From NCBI GenBank assembly GCA_963703225.1, contig OY969801.1:928001-992000 (forward strand): DNA of 64,000 nt, given 5' to 3'. Under the pieces are notes generated by a model. The model was not told the DNA's origin. It ran no database searches and saw only the letters and a list, made by a program, of their open reading frames with translations. How positions within the stretch are numbered: position 1 is the stretch's first letter; every line of letters begins with the position of its first letter. Below are positions 1 to 13,569 of the stretch, one piece after another. Origin of the DNA: Candidatus Eiseniibacteriota bacterium. Lineage in GTDB: Bacteria > Eisenbacteria > RBG-16-71-46 > SZUA-252. Position numbers and translations under genes: made by a program.

Positions 1-417
1 CCGGTCATGCAGCTGGTCGAGATTGTCCGCGGCCTGGAGACGAGCGACGAGACCGTGAACGAGACGGTGGAGCTGGCCAAGGCGCTCGGCAAGGTGCCGG
101 TGGTCGTGGCCGACCGGCCGGGGTTCGTGAGCAATCGCGTCCTCATGCCGATGATCAACGAAGCGGCGTTCGCGCTCATGGAAGGCGTCGCCGAGCGCGA
201 GGCCATCGACACGGTGATGAAGCTCGGGATGAACCACCCGATGGGCCCGTTGGCCCTGGCCGATCTGATCGGAATCGACGTCTGCCTCGATATCATGGAA
301 GTCCTGCGCAATGGGTTCGGGGACTCCAAGTACCGGCCCTGCCCCCTGCTGCGCACGATGGTGGCGGCGGGACGCCTCGGACGAAAGACGGGCCGCGGCT
401 TCTACGAGTATCCCTGA
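1..417 (+). CDS. 3-hydroxyacyl-CoA (3-hydroxybutyryl-CoA) dehydrogenase, 5'-truncated by the window edge
   Basis: Motifs [41 protein letters not shown]; frame open from window start. Confidence 0.92.
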   Translation, partial: PVMQLVEIVRGLETSDETVNETVELAKALGKVPVVVADRPGFVSNRVLMPMINEAAFALMEGVAEREAIDTVMKLGMNHPMGPLALADLIGIDVCLDIMEVLRNGFGDSKYRPCPLLRTMVAAGRLGRKTGRGFYEYP

Positions 418-433
418 CCCCAGAGACGGACCC

Positions 434-1594
434 GTGGATTTCCAGCTGACGGAAGAGCAGGAGATGCTGCGCGCCGTCGCGCGCGAATTCGCCGACGGCG
501 AGATCGCGCCGATCGCCTACCAGATCGACGCGACGGAGACGATCCCCGACGCGCTCCGGAAGAAGCTCCGCGAGAACAATTTTTTCTCGCTGTTGATTCC
601 ACGCGACTACGGCGGCGTCGAAGTGGACGCGATCAGCTACGTGCTGGTGATGGAGGAGCTGTCGCGCGCTTCCGCGGCGGTGGGGATCACCATCTCCGTC
701 CACAATTCCGTGGCGGCGGGCCCGATCGCGATGTTCGGCTCCAAGGAGCAGAAGGAGAAGTGGCTCCCGCTTCTCGCCGAGCGGCTGCTCGGCGCCTTCG
801 CGCTCACCGAGCCGGGCTCCGGCTCCGACTCCGCAGCGCTCTCGACGCGCGCGGTCTGTCGGGACGGGGGCTACGTGCTGGACGGCGCCAAGACGTTCGT
901 GACCAACGGAAAGTACGCCGATCTCTTCGTTCTGATGGCGCGGACGAGCCTGGAGCTGAAGCACCGAGGCATCACCGCGTTCCTCCTGGAACGCGGGAGC
1001 CCCGGCCTTACGGTGGGTCGAGCTCTCGAGAAGATGGGCATCCGAGGCTCGGATACAGTGGAGCTGTCGCTCACGGGCTGCCGCGTCGCGGCGGAAAACC
1101 GGCTCTCGGACGAGGGGAGGGGCTTTCGGGTCGCGATGCAGACCTTGGACGGCGGTCGGATCGGAGTCGCGGCGCAGGCCCTGGGGATCGCGCAGGCGGC
1201 GCTCGACGCCGCGGTGCGTTACGCTCGCGACCGGGTCCAGTTTGGAAAACCGATCTCGGAATTTCAGGCCATTCAGTGGATGATCGCGGACATGAAGGCG
1301 CAGATCGAGGCGGCGCGTCTTCTCACGCTCCGGGCCGCGTGGCTCAAGGACCAGGGGAAACCGCACGGGCCGGAGGCGTCCATGGCCAAGCTCCTCGCCT
1401 CGGCGGCGGCGCGCGAGGTGTCCGACCGGGCGGTCCAGATCCACGGCGGGTATGGCTACACCAGGGAATTCGCCGTGGAGCGGTATTATCGGGACGCCAA
1501 GGTGACGGAGCTATACGAAGGGACTTCGGAGATCCAGCGGATCGTGATCGCGAATTCGATGCTTCACCCCAAGGACGGGAAGAAGGCGCCGTGA
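434..1594 (+). CDS. Acyl-CoA dehydrogenase (short/branched-chain type)
   Basis: GTG start (MDFQLTEEQ); motifs FALTEPGSGSD, GAKTFVTNG, KMGIRGS, QIHGGYGY, YEGTSEIQR. Confidence 0.93.
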   Translation: MDFQLTEEQEMLRAVAREFADGEIAPIAYQIDATETIPDALRKKLRENNFFSLLIPRDYGGVEVDAISYVLVMEELSRASAAVGITISVHNSVAAGPIAMFGSKEQKEKWLPLLAERLLGAFALTEPGSGSDSAALSTRAVCRDGGYVLDGAKTFVTNGKYADLFVLMARTSLELKHRGITAFLLERGSPGLTVGRALEKMGIRGSDTVELSLTGCRVAAENRLSDEGRGFRVAMQTLDGGRIGVAAQALGIAQAALDAAVRYARDRVQFGKPISEFQAIQWMIADMKAQIEAARLLTLRAAWLKDQGKPHGPEASMAKLLASAAAREVSDRAVQIHGGYGYTREFAVERYYRDAKVTELYEGTSEIQRIVIANSMLHPKDGKKAP

Positions 1595-1688
1595 GCGCGA
1601 AACTGTCACGGACCCTGGGGGCCGTCCAGGGGTTCGACCGAGGTAAGAGCCGCCAAACCCGCCACGGCACAGGGAGGGGGTCGACACC

Positions 1689-2417
1689 ATGAAGGTGCGC
1701 GTCTCGTTTCGGAATTCCACGCGTTGGCTTAGGCGGGGGCTGGTCGGCGCTCTGCTCCTGCCGCTCGCCCTGCTCCTCCCCTCGGGGCCCTGTTCTTGGT
1801 CCGAAGCCGCTTTGGCGGAGCCCTCGCCGACTGCGCCTGACGCGTCGGGCGATGCTCCCGAGGTCGCGCCGGTCCCGGACTCGATGCCCTATTTCGGCGA
1901 TGCCGATTCCGATGTGGCCGGAGAGCACTACGTGGCGGAGATCGCCGATTCGGTCTACACGGTGGGCCCGGCCCAGTTCTTCGCGCTCGACTTCCCTGAT
2001 CCGGCGGGCGCTCGCGCGGTCCACCTCTCGGGCACCGTCACCGTCACCGACAAGAAGGGCGACATCCAGGTGCGCCTCTTTCGCGCCGCCGACTATCAGT
2101 CGTGGCTCAAGAAGCGCGGCGGCGAAAAAGCGGAGCCGGTCTGGTCCTCCAAGCGGTCCCGAAACATTACGATCGACCAGGATCTCAAGAAGGTGGGTCC
2201 TTTCGTTCTCCTGCTCGACAACGGCTACTCCATGAGGACCGCGAAGCACCTTCGCACCCAATTGCAGATTCAGTACCGGCGGCACGGAGGCGCGCCCGGC
2301 GCCGCCTCGTCCACCACGACGCCGGCGCCGGTGGATGACATCGTGACGCCGAGGGCGAACACCGAGGAAGAAACGCCGCCGCCGCCGCCCCCTCCTCCCG
2401 ACGGAGGGTCCAACTAG
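1689..2417 (+). CDS. Exported hypothetical protein with a possible GOLD-like beta-sandwich and a Pro-rich tail
   Basis: SD GGGAGG upstream; hydrophobic signal-like N-terminus; FVLLLDNGYSMRTAK; C-terminal poly-Pro run. Confidence 0.7.
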   Translation: MKVRVSFRNSTRWLRRGLVGALLLPLALLLPSGPCSWSEAALAEPSPTAPDASGDAPEVAPVPDSMPYFGDADSDVAGEHYVAEIADSVYTVGPAQFFALDFPDPAGARAVHLSGTVTVTDKKGDIQVRLFRAADYQSWLKKRGGEKAEPVWSSKRSRNITIDQDLKKVGPFVLLLDNGYSMRTAKHLRTQLQIQYRRHGGAPGAASSTTTPAPVDDIVTPRANTEEETPPPPPPPPDGGSN

Positions 2418-2432
2418 GCAGGGGAGTCCGGG

Positions 2433-3938
2433 CTACTTCGAATCCTCGGGCTTGGGCCGCGGGTAGCCGGGCCCGCGCAGGAGCAGGAGTTGCCCTCCGC
2501 CTTTTCGCCCGCGGAACTGCGCGACCGGAAGATTGTGGGCCTGCACCGCGATCAACCACGTGTCGGGCCCGAAGACGTCGCTCGCGTCGGCGATCCCGGT
2601 CGACTCCCACTCGCCCCCCACGCCCTTCCCCAAAAACCGTCCCTTGGAATCCTGCTCCGCGCACTCCGCCATCGGGTCGAGTCGCCTCGTCCGCGTGTCG
2701 TATCGAAGGATACGAGCCGTGTGGAGCCCGCGGTATTCCGGATCTTCCTGAATCCAGACATACCGGTCGTCGGTGTCGAGATTGTCGGGGCGATAGAGGT
2801 CGTCCCCCTCGTCCCCATCCAGCACCACGCGAATCTCCTCGACGCGGGTGGGGTTGAAGGGATCGAGTCGCGCGTAGTAGAGGCGGCCCGCGCCGGTCAC
2901 CAATCGGGCAGCCACCGGATCGTAGAAATCTGCGGCGCCGGTGTCGACGAAGTAAAATCCGTTCGGAATCTCGCGGTCGGGCGCGACGTCCTCCAGCCGC
3001 ACAAAATTGAGGCATCCGGCCCCTTGAGCCCTTGCCTCGAGCCGTCCCGGCAGCTCCGCGACCGGGCGGCCCGGGTCATCCTGTCCGACCGGCATAAAGG
3101 TCCCGGTCATCGGCCTCGACTTGGTGATCATGCTGGAGAGCCGCGAGTCTTGGCGGCCGGCGGGATTGTCGAGTCGAAAGACGTAGAGGCGTCCGCGTCC
3201 CGCGAGAAAATCCGAGTCGTTCTCGGCGAGGTACATGTAGAGCTGGGATTGGCCCGGGTAGTAGTCCTCCGTGAGAATCGCCACGATCTTCCCCGAGGAA
3301 ACCGGCACGACCGTGGTCTTCTCGTGCGAGAAGTGACCCAGCCAGGGAAGGTTGGAGACGGTGCCGTCGCGCACGTCGACCGCGGCCACGACTCCGCGGT
3401 AGATTCCCTCCAGGGATTCCTCATTGACCAGGAAGTAGGGCGAGAGGAATCCGTCGCGCTGCCCGACCAGCGTCGCGGCGCAGAGCCGCGAATAGCCCTC
3501 CGTGCCGTCGACGAGGTAGTCGCCACCCAGGACTCCGAAGTTTCGCAGGTCGATGGCGAGCCGGGATACGAAGGAGCCCGCGTATCCGTCGTGCCATGAG
3601 AGCTCGTGGGTGACGTAGATCTCGGCGAGGCCCTTTTCGGTCTGCCGGATGCCGATTCCATCCGGCTCGGGCGCGAACACATAGGGAATGGTGACGGTGT
3701 CGGGCGGAGCGAGGGTATCGCCCACCGTGATGATCGGGATCAAGGAGACGTCCTCGCGGAGGGGACGCACCATGGCGGGGGTCTGCGTGCGAACCCCCAT
3801 GCCGGGACCCAAGATGAGAGGGCCGCGGGTGTAGCCGCAGAGGGAAACGAGGCCCAGGGCGCAGGCGAGCGCGCGGATCGCGTTCCGCGCGGCCGTGAAG
3901 TCGAACGGCTTGAGAAGGGGTCCGCCTCGGCGGCTCAC
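2433..3938 (-). CDS. PhoX/DUF839-like exported phosphatase (beta-propeller)
   Basis: GTG start after AAGGAG; motifs SRLCA, NEES, GHFSHE, RLED, PDNL, IQED, WESTG, VQAH resemble PhoX metal ligands. Confidence 0.75.
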   Translation of the reverse strand: MSRRGGPLLKPFDFTAARNAIRALACALGLVSLCGYTRGPLILGPGMGVRTQTPAMVRPLREDVSLIPIITVGDTLAPPDTVTIPYVFAPEPDGIGIRQTEKGLAEIYVTHELSWHDGYAGSFVSRLAIDLRNFGVLGGDYLVDGTEGYSRLCAATLVGQRDGFLSPYFLVNEESLEGIYRGVVAAVDVRDGTVSNLPWLGHFSHEKTTVVPVSSGKIVAILTEDYYPGQSQLYMYLAENDSDFLAGRGRLYVFRLDNPAGRQDSRLSSMITKSRPMTGTFMPVGQDDPGRPVAELPGRLEARAQGAGCLNFVRLEDVAPDREIPNGFYFVDTGAADFYDPVAARLVTGAGRLYYARLDPFNPTRVEEIRVVLDGDEGDDLYRPDNLDTDDRYVWIQEDPEYRGLHTARILRYDTRTRRLDPMAECAEQDSKGRFLGKGVGGEWESTGIADASDVFGPDTWLIAVQAHNLPVAQFRGRKGGGQLLLLRGPGYPRPKPEDSK

Positions 3939-3939
3939 G

Positions 3940-4410
3940 TCACTCCTTGTCGTCCCCCGACGGGGGCGGCGCCACCTTGTATTCTCCATTCTCGCGGCGG
4001 ACCACCTCGTACGGCGAGCTGTCCCCGCCGTCGTTGTAATAGATGAGCGTGACGTCCTTGTCGGTCATCTCGATTCCGTGCTGCGTCTTGGCGTACGGAA
4101 GGACGTACTCGCGAACCGCGTTCACAAAGGCTTCGATCTCCCGCTTGGCGCCCGCGACCTCCTCGGCGCTGCCCACCACGTAGGTCACGACGTTCTGCGC
4201 CTTCCGGTCGTAGTACACCAACGTCGACGCTTCGAGTCCCGCCACCACGTTGAAGAGGCCGCCCACCCGGACGGCGATGTCGTCCCCCACCGTGTACGAG
4301 AAGCTCTGGGAGAGTCGTTTGTTGTCGGCTCGGGCCGGATTGGCGCCCGCCAACACGATCAGGGCGAGAGACGCGGCGGCTAGCGATCGAGCGGCGATCT
4401 GGCGCTTCAT
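3940..4410 (-). CDS. Exported hypothetical protein
   Basis: SD GGAGG; signal peptide MKRQIAARSLAAASLALIVLAGANPARA; ATGA overlap with mce stop. Confidence 0.8.
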   Translation of the reverse strand: MKRQIAARSLAAASLALIVLAGANPARADNKRLSQSFSYTVGDDIAVRVGGLFNVVAGLEASTLVYYDRKAQNVVTYVVGSAEEVAGAKREIEAFVNAVREYVLPYAKTQHGIEMTDKDVTLIYYNDGGDSSPYEVVRRENGEYKVAPPPSGDDKE

Positions 4411-4826
4411 GGTTTCCTCCGTTCGCACAATTCAACCAGGACCCCACCGAGGGAGCGGGGGTGCAGAAACGCGATCTTCATGCCGTGGCCACCTTGCCGC
4501 GGGGTGCGATCGATCAGCTCGAATCCCTGGGACTCGGCGTGGGCCAACGCGGCTTCCAGGTCCGGGACCTGAAAGGCGAGATGGTGGATCCCGCCCCCGC
4601 GCCGTTCCAGGAAGCGGCCGATCGGCGTATCGGCCGCGGTCGGCTCCAGAAGCTCGATGACGGTCCCGCCCGCCTCGAGGTAGGCGATCTTGAGGTTCAT
4701 CGTCTCGAGGGTCTGCGTCTCCTCGAGCCGAAATCCCAGCTTCTTCCAGATCGGGATGGCCGCGTCGAGCGACGCCACGGGAATGCCGACGTGGGCCAGG
4801 CCGAGGATGGGACCGGGAGTCGTCAC
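4407..4826 (-). CDS. mce: Methylmalonyl-CoA epimerase
   Basis: HVGIPV, IELLEP, GGIHHLAF, IAFLHP, GVLVELCE; GTGA overlap with uppP stop. Confidence 0.92.
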   Translation of the reverse strand: MTTPGPILGLAHVGIPVASLDAAIPIWKKLGFRLEETQTLETMNLKIAYLEAGGTVIELLEPTAADTPIGRFLERRGGGIHHLAFQVPDLEAALAHAESQGFELIDRTPRQGGHGMKIAFLHPRSLGGVLVELCERRKP

Positions 4827-5659
4827 GGGCCGGCCGCTCCAGGGTGATGCCAGAGATAGGCGATCACGACCACGCCGAGGGCGATGCGGTACCAGCCAAA
4901 CGGAGCCAAGCCTCGGCTCGTGACGTACCGGAGAAAGCCGCGGATCGCCAGCGCCGCGACGATGGCCGAAACGACGAGCCCCACGACCAGGGGCCCGGGG
5001 CCTCCCAGCGCTGGTCCCGTCAGGCCGGGGTAGTTCTTGGCCAGGTCGTAGAGCGTCGCCATGCCCAGCGTGGGGAGCGCGAGGAGGAACGAGAACTCCG
5101 CCGCCGCCACCGGGGAAGCGCCCAGGAGGAGCGCCGCGAGCATCGTCGCCAGCGCGCGCGAGGTGCCGGGCCAGAGGGAGAGGCACTGCGCGAGCCCGAT
5201 GAGAAACGCCGTCTGGACCGGGATATCGTCGATGGTCGGGTAGCGCGGCGCCGAGCTCTTGGCCGCGATGCGGCGGGACGTGGCGAGGATGAGGATGCCG
5301 CCGGCCACGAGCGCCACGGCGACCGTGCGCGGCCCGAACAGATGGGCGTGGATCCACCGGTGCGCCGCCAGTCCCAGGAGCGCGGCGGGCAGGAACGCCA
5401 CGGTCAGCTTGACGAGGAGCGCCCGACCCCGGGAATGCGGGCTCACCGCTCCGAGAAAAAGCTCGCCGACGCGCGCGCGGTAGAGCCAGACCACGGCGAG
5501 CAGGGCGCCCGCCTGGATCACCACTTCGAACGCGTTCATCTCGCCGCCGACCAGCCCCATCACGTGCGCCGCGAGGATGAGGTGCCCGGTCGAGGAGACG
5601 GGGAGGAACTCGGTGAGCCCCTCCACGGCTCCGAGAATGGCCGCCTGGAATAGATTCAA
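4823..5659 (-). CDS. uppP: Undecaprenyl-diphosphate phosphatase
   Basis: GAVEGLTEFLPVSSTGHL, PGTSR, EFSFLLALP. Confidence 0.95.
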   Translation of the reverse strand: MNLFQAAILGAVEGLTEFLPVSSTGHLILAAHVMGLVGGEMNAFEVVIQAGALLAVVWLYRARVGELFLGAVSPHSRGRALLVKLTVAFLPAALLGLAAHRWIHAHLFGPRTVAVALVAGGILILATSRRIAAKSSAPRYPTIDDIPVQTAFLIGLAQCLSLWPGTSRALATMLAALLLGASPVAAAEFSFLLALPTLGMATLYDLAKNYPGLTGPALGGPGPLVVGLVVSAIVAALAIRGFLRYVTSRGLAPFGWYRIALGVVVIAYLWHHPGAAGP

Positions 5660-5668
5660 CGCCCCTCC

Positions 5669-7168
<1,500 letters not shown>

Positions 7169-7173
7169 GATGG

Positions 7174-7677
7174 CTAGGTTTCCTCCGGTCGAATCGTCAT
7201 GAGGAGCTGGCCTGCCTCGACCGCGACCCCGGGCGCGACGGAGATCTCCGTCACGCGCCCCGAGAGGGGTGCCGCGAGCGCGTTCTGCATCTTCATCGCC
7301 TCCACGATCACGACCGGTTGCCCGCCCTCCACCGCGCTGCCCATCTCCGCGAGGATCTCGACGATCAGCCCGGGCATCGGCGCGTGTATCTCTCCGCGCG
7401 TGAGGTCGGCGTCGGTCCGGCGCCTGCCGAGCTTGGGCGCCCGCGGGTCCCGCTCCCGGAATCGGTAGGCTCGGCCGCCGATCTCGACCACGATATCGAG
7501 TCCCTCGCGCCGGGCGGAGGCCTCGACCGGCCTGCCGTCGATCAGCACGCGCATGGTTCGCCCCAAGGTCCCTTCGACCCGATGTTTGCCGGAGTCCGTG
7601 GCCACGAGGTAGCCGTCGCCCTCCGGGACGAGGAGAAACGAGCGATCGCGCCCATCGCGCGTGAGGACGAAGGTCAC
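7174..7677 (-). CDS. Biotin carboxyl carrier protein
   Basis: APMPG and EAMKM biotinylation motif; GTGA overlap with upstream gene. Confidence 0.92.
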   Translation of the reverse strand: MTFVLTRDGRDRSFLLVPEGDGYLVATDSGKHRVEGTLGRTMRVLIDGRPVEASARREGLDIVVEIGGRAYRFRERDPRAPKLGRRRTDADLTRGEIHAPMPGLIVEILAEMGSAVEGGQPVVIVEAMKMQNALAAPLSGRVTEISVAPGVAVEAGQLLMTIRPEET

Positions 7678-9263
7678 CGCCCACCTCGGGCGAGTTCGGT
7701 CCGAAGACCGGGTAGCGCCGTGCGCCAACGGCTGGATGAGCCCGGCAGCCCGGCGGCCATCGGCCCTCGCGTCTCGCCGATTCGGCCCCACTCCGACCGG
7801 ACCGGATCGACGAGCGGTGCTCCCGCGTCGAGCTTGGCGAAGATGGCCGCCAGGATGGCCGCATCCTCCGCCGTGCGCGCGTCGTCCATGGGCTCCGTGC
7901 GCTTGAATTGGTGCGCGAGGAACGCGGTGTCGTAGCGCCCGGTCACGAACGCCTCCTGCACCAGAAGCCAGCGGTGGAGCGGCAAGGTCGTGTGGATCCC
8001 TTCCAAGAGGCACTCGTGGAGCGCGCGGCGGGCGCGCGCCACAGCCTCCCCCCGCGTCGCCGACCAGACGATGATCTTTCCGATCAGCGGGTCGTAGTGA
8101 ACCGGGACCGTGTCGCCCGAGCGGACGCCGAAATCGCACCGGACGCCCGGGCCGCCGGGAAGCTCGAGCCGGCGGACGGCGCCCGCCTGGGGCAAGAAGC
8201 CCTGATCGGGATCCTCGGCGTAGACCCGGAATTCCATGGCGGCGCCGCGCGGGGCCACGTCTTCCTGCGCGAACGCGAGCGGCTCGCCCTGGGCGATCTG
8301 GATCTGCTCCCGCACGAGGTCGAGCCCGAGCACCATCTCGGTCACCGGGTGCTCCACCTGAAGCCTCGCGTTCATCTCGAGGAAGTAGAAGCGCCCTGAC
8401 TGATCCATCAGGAACTCGGCCGTCCCGGCGTTGGTGTAGCGGCCGGCGGTGGCGACGCGAACCGCCAGCGCCCAGAGCTCCCGGCGGCGCGCGTCGTCGA
8501 GCGCGGGGGAAGGGGTCTCCTCGACCAGCTTCTGATGGCGCCGCTGGACGGAACAGTCGCGCTCGCCCAGCGCGAGCACGTGCCCGTGAGCGTCGGCGAG
8601 GATCTGGACCTCGATGTGCCGGGGTTTTTCGAGCCACCGTTCGAGATAGAGCCGGTCGTCGCCAAAGGCGCCTCGCGCCTCCCCCTGGGTGAGGCGCACC
8701 GCTTGCTCGAACTCGGTCGGCCCGTTCACCCGACGCATTCCCTTACCGCCTCCACCGGCGGCCGCCTTGAGCACGACGGGATACCCGATTCCCTCGGCCG
8801 CGCGGCGGAGCTCGGACGGGTCGCTCACGGGGCCCTCCGTGCCGGGGAGGACCGGCACGCCCGCCGCGATCGCGAGCGCCTTCGCGCGAACCTTGTCGCC
8901 CACCGCGCGCGTCGCCTCGGGCGTCGGGCCGATCCAGATGAGCCCCGCGCGGATGACCTTCTCGGCGAAGTCGGCCGACTCGGCGAGGAACCCGTACCCG
9001 GGATGGATCGCGTCGGCCTTCGCGCCTTGCGCCGTGTCGATGATCCGTGCGGCGTCGAGATAACTCCGCGCCGCGGCGGCTAAGCCGATGCGGCACGCCT
9101 CGTCGGCCGCATGGACGTGGGGCGCGTCCCGGTCCGCGTCGGAAAAGACGGCGACCGAGGCGATGTCCATCTCCCGCAGCGTCCGGCAGACGCGGATCGC
9201 GATTTCGCCGCGATTCGCCACCAGGACCTTCCGGATCGGCTTCGGCTTCGCGCGGCGGCTCAT
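7674..9263 (-). CDS. Acyl-CoA (propionyl-CoA) carboxylase, biotin carboxylase subunit
   Basis: [50 protein letters not shown]. Confidence 0.95.
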   Translation of the reverse strand: MSRRAKPKPIRKVLVANRGEIAIRVCRTLREMDIASVAVFSDADRDAPHVHAADEACRIGLAAAARSYLDAARIIDTAQGAKADAIHPGYGFLAESADFAEKVIRAGLIWIGPTPEATRAVGDKVRAKALAIAAGVPVLPGTEGPVSDPSELRRAAEGIGYPVVLKAAAGGGGKGMRRVNGPTEFEQAVRLTQGEARGAFGDDRLYLERWLEKPRHIEVQILADAHGHVLALGERDCSVQRRHQKLVEETPSPALDDARRRELWALAVRVATAGRYTNAGTAEFLMDQSGRFYFLEMNARLQVEHPVTEMVLGLDLVREQIQIAQGEPLAFAQEDVAPRGAAMEFRVYAEDPDQGFLPQAGAVRRLELPGGPGVRCDFGVRSGDTVPVHYDPLIGKIIVWSATRGEAVARARRALHECLLEGIHTTLPLHRWLLVQEAFVTGRYDTAFLAHQFKRTEPMDDARTAEDAAILAAIFAKLDAGAPLVDPVRSEWGRIGETRGPMAAGLPGSSSRWRTALPGLRTELARGGR

Positions 9264-9273
9264 CGGGATATCG

Positions 9274-10829
<1,556 letters not shown>

Positions 10830-10986
10830 GACCGGAATCTCCGAGGTCGGTGCGCGAGGGTGGCGAGCCGGGCCATCCTATCGGAACTCCCTCCCGGCCG
10901 CAATCGGCGGGTCGCGCGCGGCCCCGATCGATGTACAATGCGTGCCCTGCGCGTCCGGTTCCAATCCCAACGGAGGAGCATACGCC

Positions 10987-11872
10987 ATGTCCCCGCGTCG
11001 TTCCCGTTCCGCCCTCAAAGAGCGCCGCCTGTCGCACCTTGGACTGGATGGAGATGGGCGAGCATGTGCCGCGCAGGATCCGGACGCTGCTCCTGCCCGT
11101 CGGGACGCTCGAGGCGCACGGGATCACCAGCCTCGGGACCGACATCGTGATTCCAACCCGGTTGAGCGAGGCCGTCGCCGAACGGTTGAACGCGCTCGTG
11201 GCCCCGGCCATCCCCTTCGGCGTGACCGCGCACTTGGGGGCGCTCGCGGGCGGCACGCACGTCCGCGCCGAGGTCTTCACCGACTACGTGGTGGCGGTGC
11301 TCACGACGCTGTCCCACCAGGGGTTCTCGAACATCATCGTCATGAACGGGCACGGGGGGAACACCGATCCGTTGAAGGAGGCCGCGCGGCGCGTGCACGA
11401 GGAGGTGGGCACCTACGTGGCGGTCTTCTCCTGGTGGACCGAATGCCGCGCGCTATGCGAGGAGATCCTCGGCGTGCCGGGGGGCCACGGCGGCTCCGAT
11501 GAAACGGCTGCGATGCTGGCGATCGCCGCGGACCAGGTCTTTCCGGAGCGTTGGGATCCGTCCATCGCGTTCGAGCACAAGGATTCGCTGGTCGCCTACC
11601 CCACGCCCGGATCGCTGATCTTCTACAACGGCCGAAGGAGCGACCCCGTGTTCCACACCAAGCGCGCGCTGGCGTTCTGGGGGCGCGTGGTGGAGCACGT
11701 CGGGGAGGTTCTGGAGGATCTGGTCCTGCGATGGGATCGGGAGGGGTTTCCCGCGCCGCGCTCGCGCCGCCGGGGCCAGAGCCGGGGGGCCGCCGGAGGC
11801 GGGACCCCGCACCGTCCGGGAATCGCAGCCGTGCCGCCCCAATCGCCAGGCCGACGCACCCCCAAGCGGTGA
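10987..11872 (+). CDS. Creatininase/MftE-family amidohydrolase; one frameshift near 11039
   Basis: GGAGGAG SD before ATG 10987; LPVGTLEAHG, GTD, NGHGGN, GHGGSDET. Confidence 0.85.
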
Positions 11873-11910
11873 ACGGGCGCCCGTCGCGCCTATGCTAGGA
11901 TGCGCGATCC

Positions 11911-12654
11911 ATGGAAGAAGTTTGGGGCGAGCGCATCACCCGCGCGTGGGCGGATCAGTTTCCGATCGCGCCCTACCGAAAACTCCTCCTTCGCCAGCAA
12001 GCCCCCCAGGGCACGCGCGCGCTCGAAGTGGGGAGCGGCCCGGCGCACGACTCGCTGCCGCTGGCGGAGCGCGGGTTTCAGGTTTGGGGCGTGGATTGGT
12101 CGCGCGCCGGGCTCCTGGCCGGGCGCCAGCTCTACCGCGACGAGGGACAGACGCTCCACCCCGTCCGCGCCGACATCCGGGCCCTGCCGTTCCGTGAGGG
12201 CTCGTTCGACTTTGTCTGGAACGCCGGGGTGTTGGAGCACTTTCACGACGAGGACGTGCTGCGCATCGTGTCGGAGATGCGCCGGGTGGCGAAACCAGGG
12301 GGAACGGTCCTCGCGGTCGTCCCGAACCGATTCTATTTCTGGTACCAGGCGCACCTGGCGTGGAAGAAGCTTCTCCATCGGCAGCATCAATACGATTTCG
12401 AGCGGGCGTTCGACGCGGGCTATCTGGCCAGGCAATTTCGGCGGGCGGGACTGCGCAACGTCTCGATGACCGGCATCCATCTCCATCCGGCCCCGAGCTT
12501 CCTCATCCCCAAGACGGGATGGCTCACGAAGATCTTCGCGCGCCTTTGCGCGCCGCTCGAGGCGGCGGGGCGGCACAGCCCGGTGCGGGCCTACCTGGGG
12601 CTCGATCTCGTCGTCTGGGCGCGCAAGGATGAAGGCGAGGACGCCCCGAGATGA
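11911..12654 (+). CDS. Class I SAM-dependent methyltransferase
   Basis: LEVGSGP, GVDWS, ADIRALPFREGSFD, GVLEHF, RVAKPGG. Confidence 0.88.
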   Translation: MEEVWGERITRAWADQFPIAPYRKLLLRQQAPQGTRALEVGSGPAHDSLPLAERGFQVWGVDWSRAGLLAGRQLYRDEGQTLHPVRADIRALPFREGSFDFVWNAGVLEHFHDEDVLRIVSEMRRVAKPGGTVLAVVPNRFYFWYQAHLAWKKLLHRQHQYDFERAFDAGYLARQFRRAGLRNVSMTGIHLHPAPSFLIPKTGWLTKIFARLCAPLEAAGRHSPVRAYLGLDLVVWARKDEGEDAPR

Positions 12655-13066
12655 ATTCGTTTCCGCTGGAAGACGACGCCATGTGCTTCTGCTGCGGGAG
12701 CAAGAACCCGATCGGGCTTCGGCTGGAATTCGAGCACCACCCCCGAGGGGCGGATGCGAACCATCTGGACGCCGCGAAAGGAGCATCAGGGATTCAAGGA
12801 CATTGTCCACGGCGGGCTGGTCGCGACCGTGCTGGACGAAGTGATGGTGCGCCTGTTATATATACGCGGAATCCAGGCCGTGACCGCCGGCTATGGAGAC
12901 GCGCTTGAGCAGGCCGGTTCGCTCGGGGAACGCGTACCGATTCGAGGGCTGGATCGTCCGGGATCGGGGGCGCGCCGTGATCACCGAGGCGGAAGCGGTC
13001 GAGGTCGATACCGGTCAGCGTGTCGCGTGGGGGAGAGCGACGTGCATGCGGATCGGAACACCGTGA
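12651..13066 (+). CDS. PaaI-family hotdog thioesterase; two frameshifts (~12735, ~12891)
   Basis: CFCCGSKNPIGL then HQGFKDIVHGGLVATVLDE in the next frame; ATGA overlap. Confidence 0.85.
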
Positions 13067-13088
13067 GGCACGAAAGGAGCGTTGAGTC

Positions 13089-13529
13089 ATGAGGAAGCTA
13101 ATGCTGGTGCTGTGCGGCATCCTGGTCCTCGGAGTGGTGGCGCAGCCGGCAAGCGCCAAGCCCGGCGCCTACGCGGGATTCTGCACGAATCCCGACGACT
13201 TCATGTTCGGTCTCAAGTGGATGAAGCCGCTGGAGTCGGAGAACCTCTGGCTGGCCCCGAGCGTGGAGGCGGGATTCGGCGACGTGACGATGATCGCCGG
13301 GAACGTCGACCTCCACTATCGCTTCAAGGGCAAGACGAAGTTCTACGCCGGCGGCGGCGCCACGCTCAACTGGTTCGATTTCGATGGCGGGAGCGACACG
13401 GAATTCGGCGGAAGCATCCTCGGCGGAATCATGCTCAGTACGAAGAGCGGCAAGCTGCCCTACTTCGAGACCAAGCTGGGGCTCGGAGACGTTCCCGACT
13501 GGAAATTCCTGCTGGGATTGAACTTCTAG
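13089..13529 (+). CDS. Small outer-membrane beta-barrel protein
   Basis: SD AAAGGAG; signal peptide; alternating amphipathic strands; FYAGGG; C-terminal LGLNF. Confidence 0.8.
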   Translation: MRKLMLVLCGILVLGVVAQPASAKPGAYAGFCTNPDDFMFGLKWMKPLESENLWLAPSVEAGFGDVTMIAGNVDLHYRFKGKTKFYAGGGATLNWFDFDGGSDTEFGGSILGGIMLSTKSGKLPYFETKLGLGDVPDWKFLLGLNF

Positions 13530-13569
13530 GAAAGCGCGGAAGATTAGCAGAGCTTCCATCGCGAAGGTG

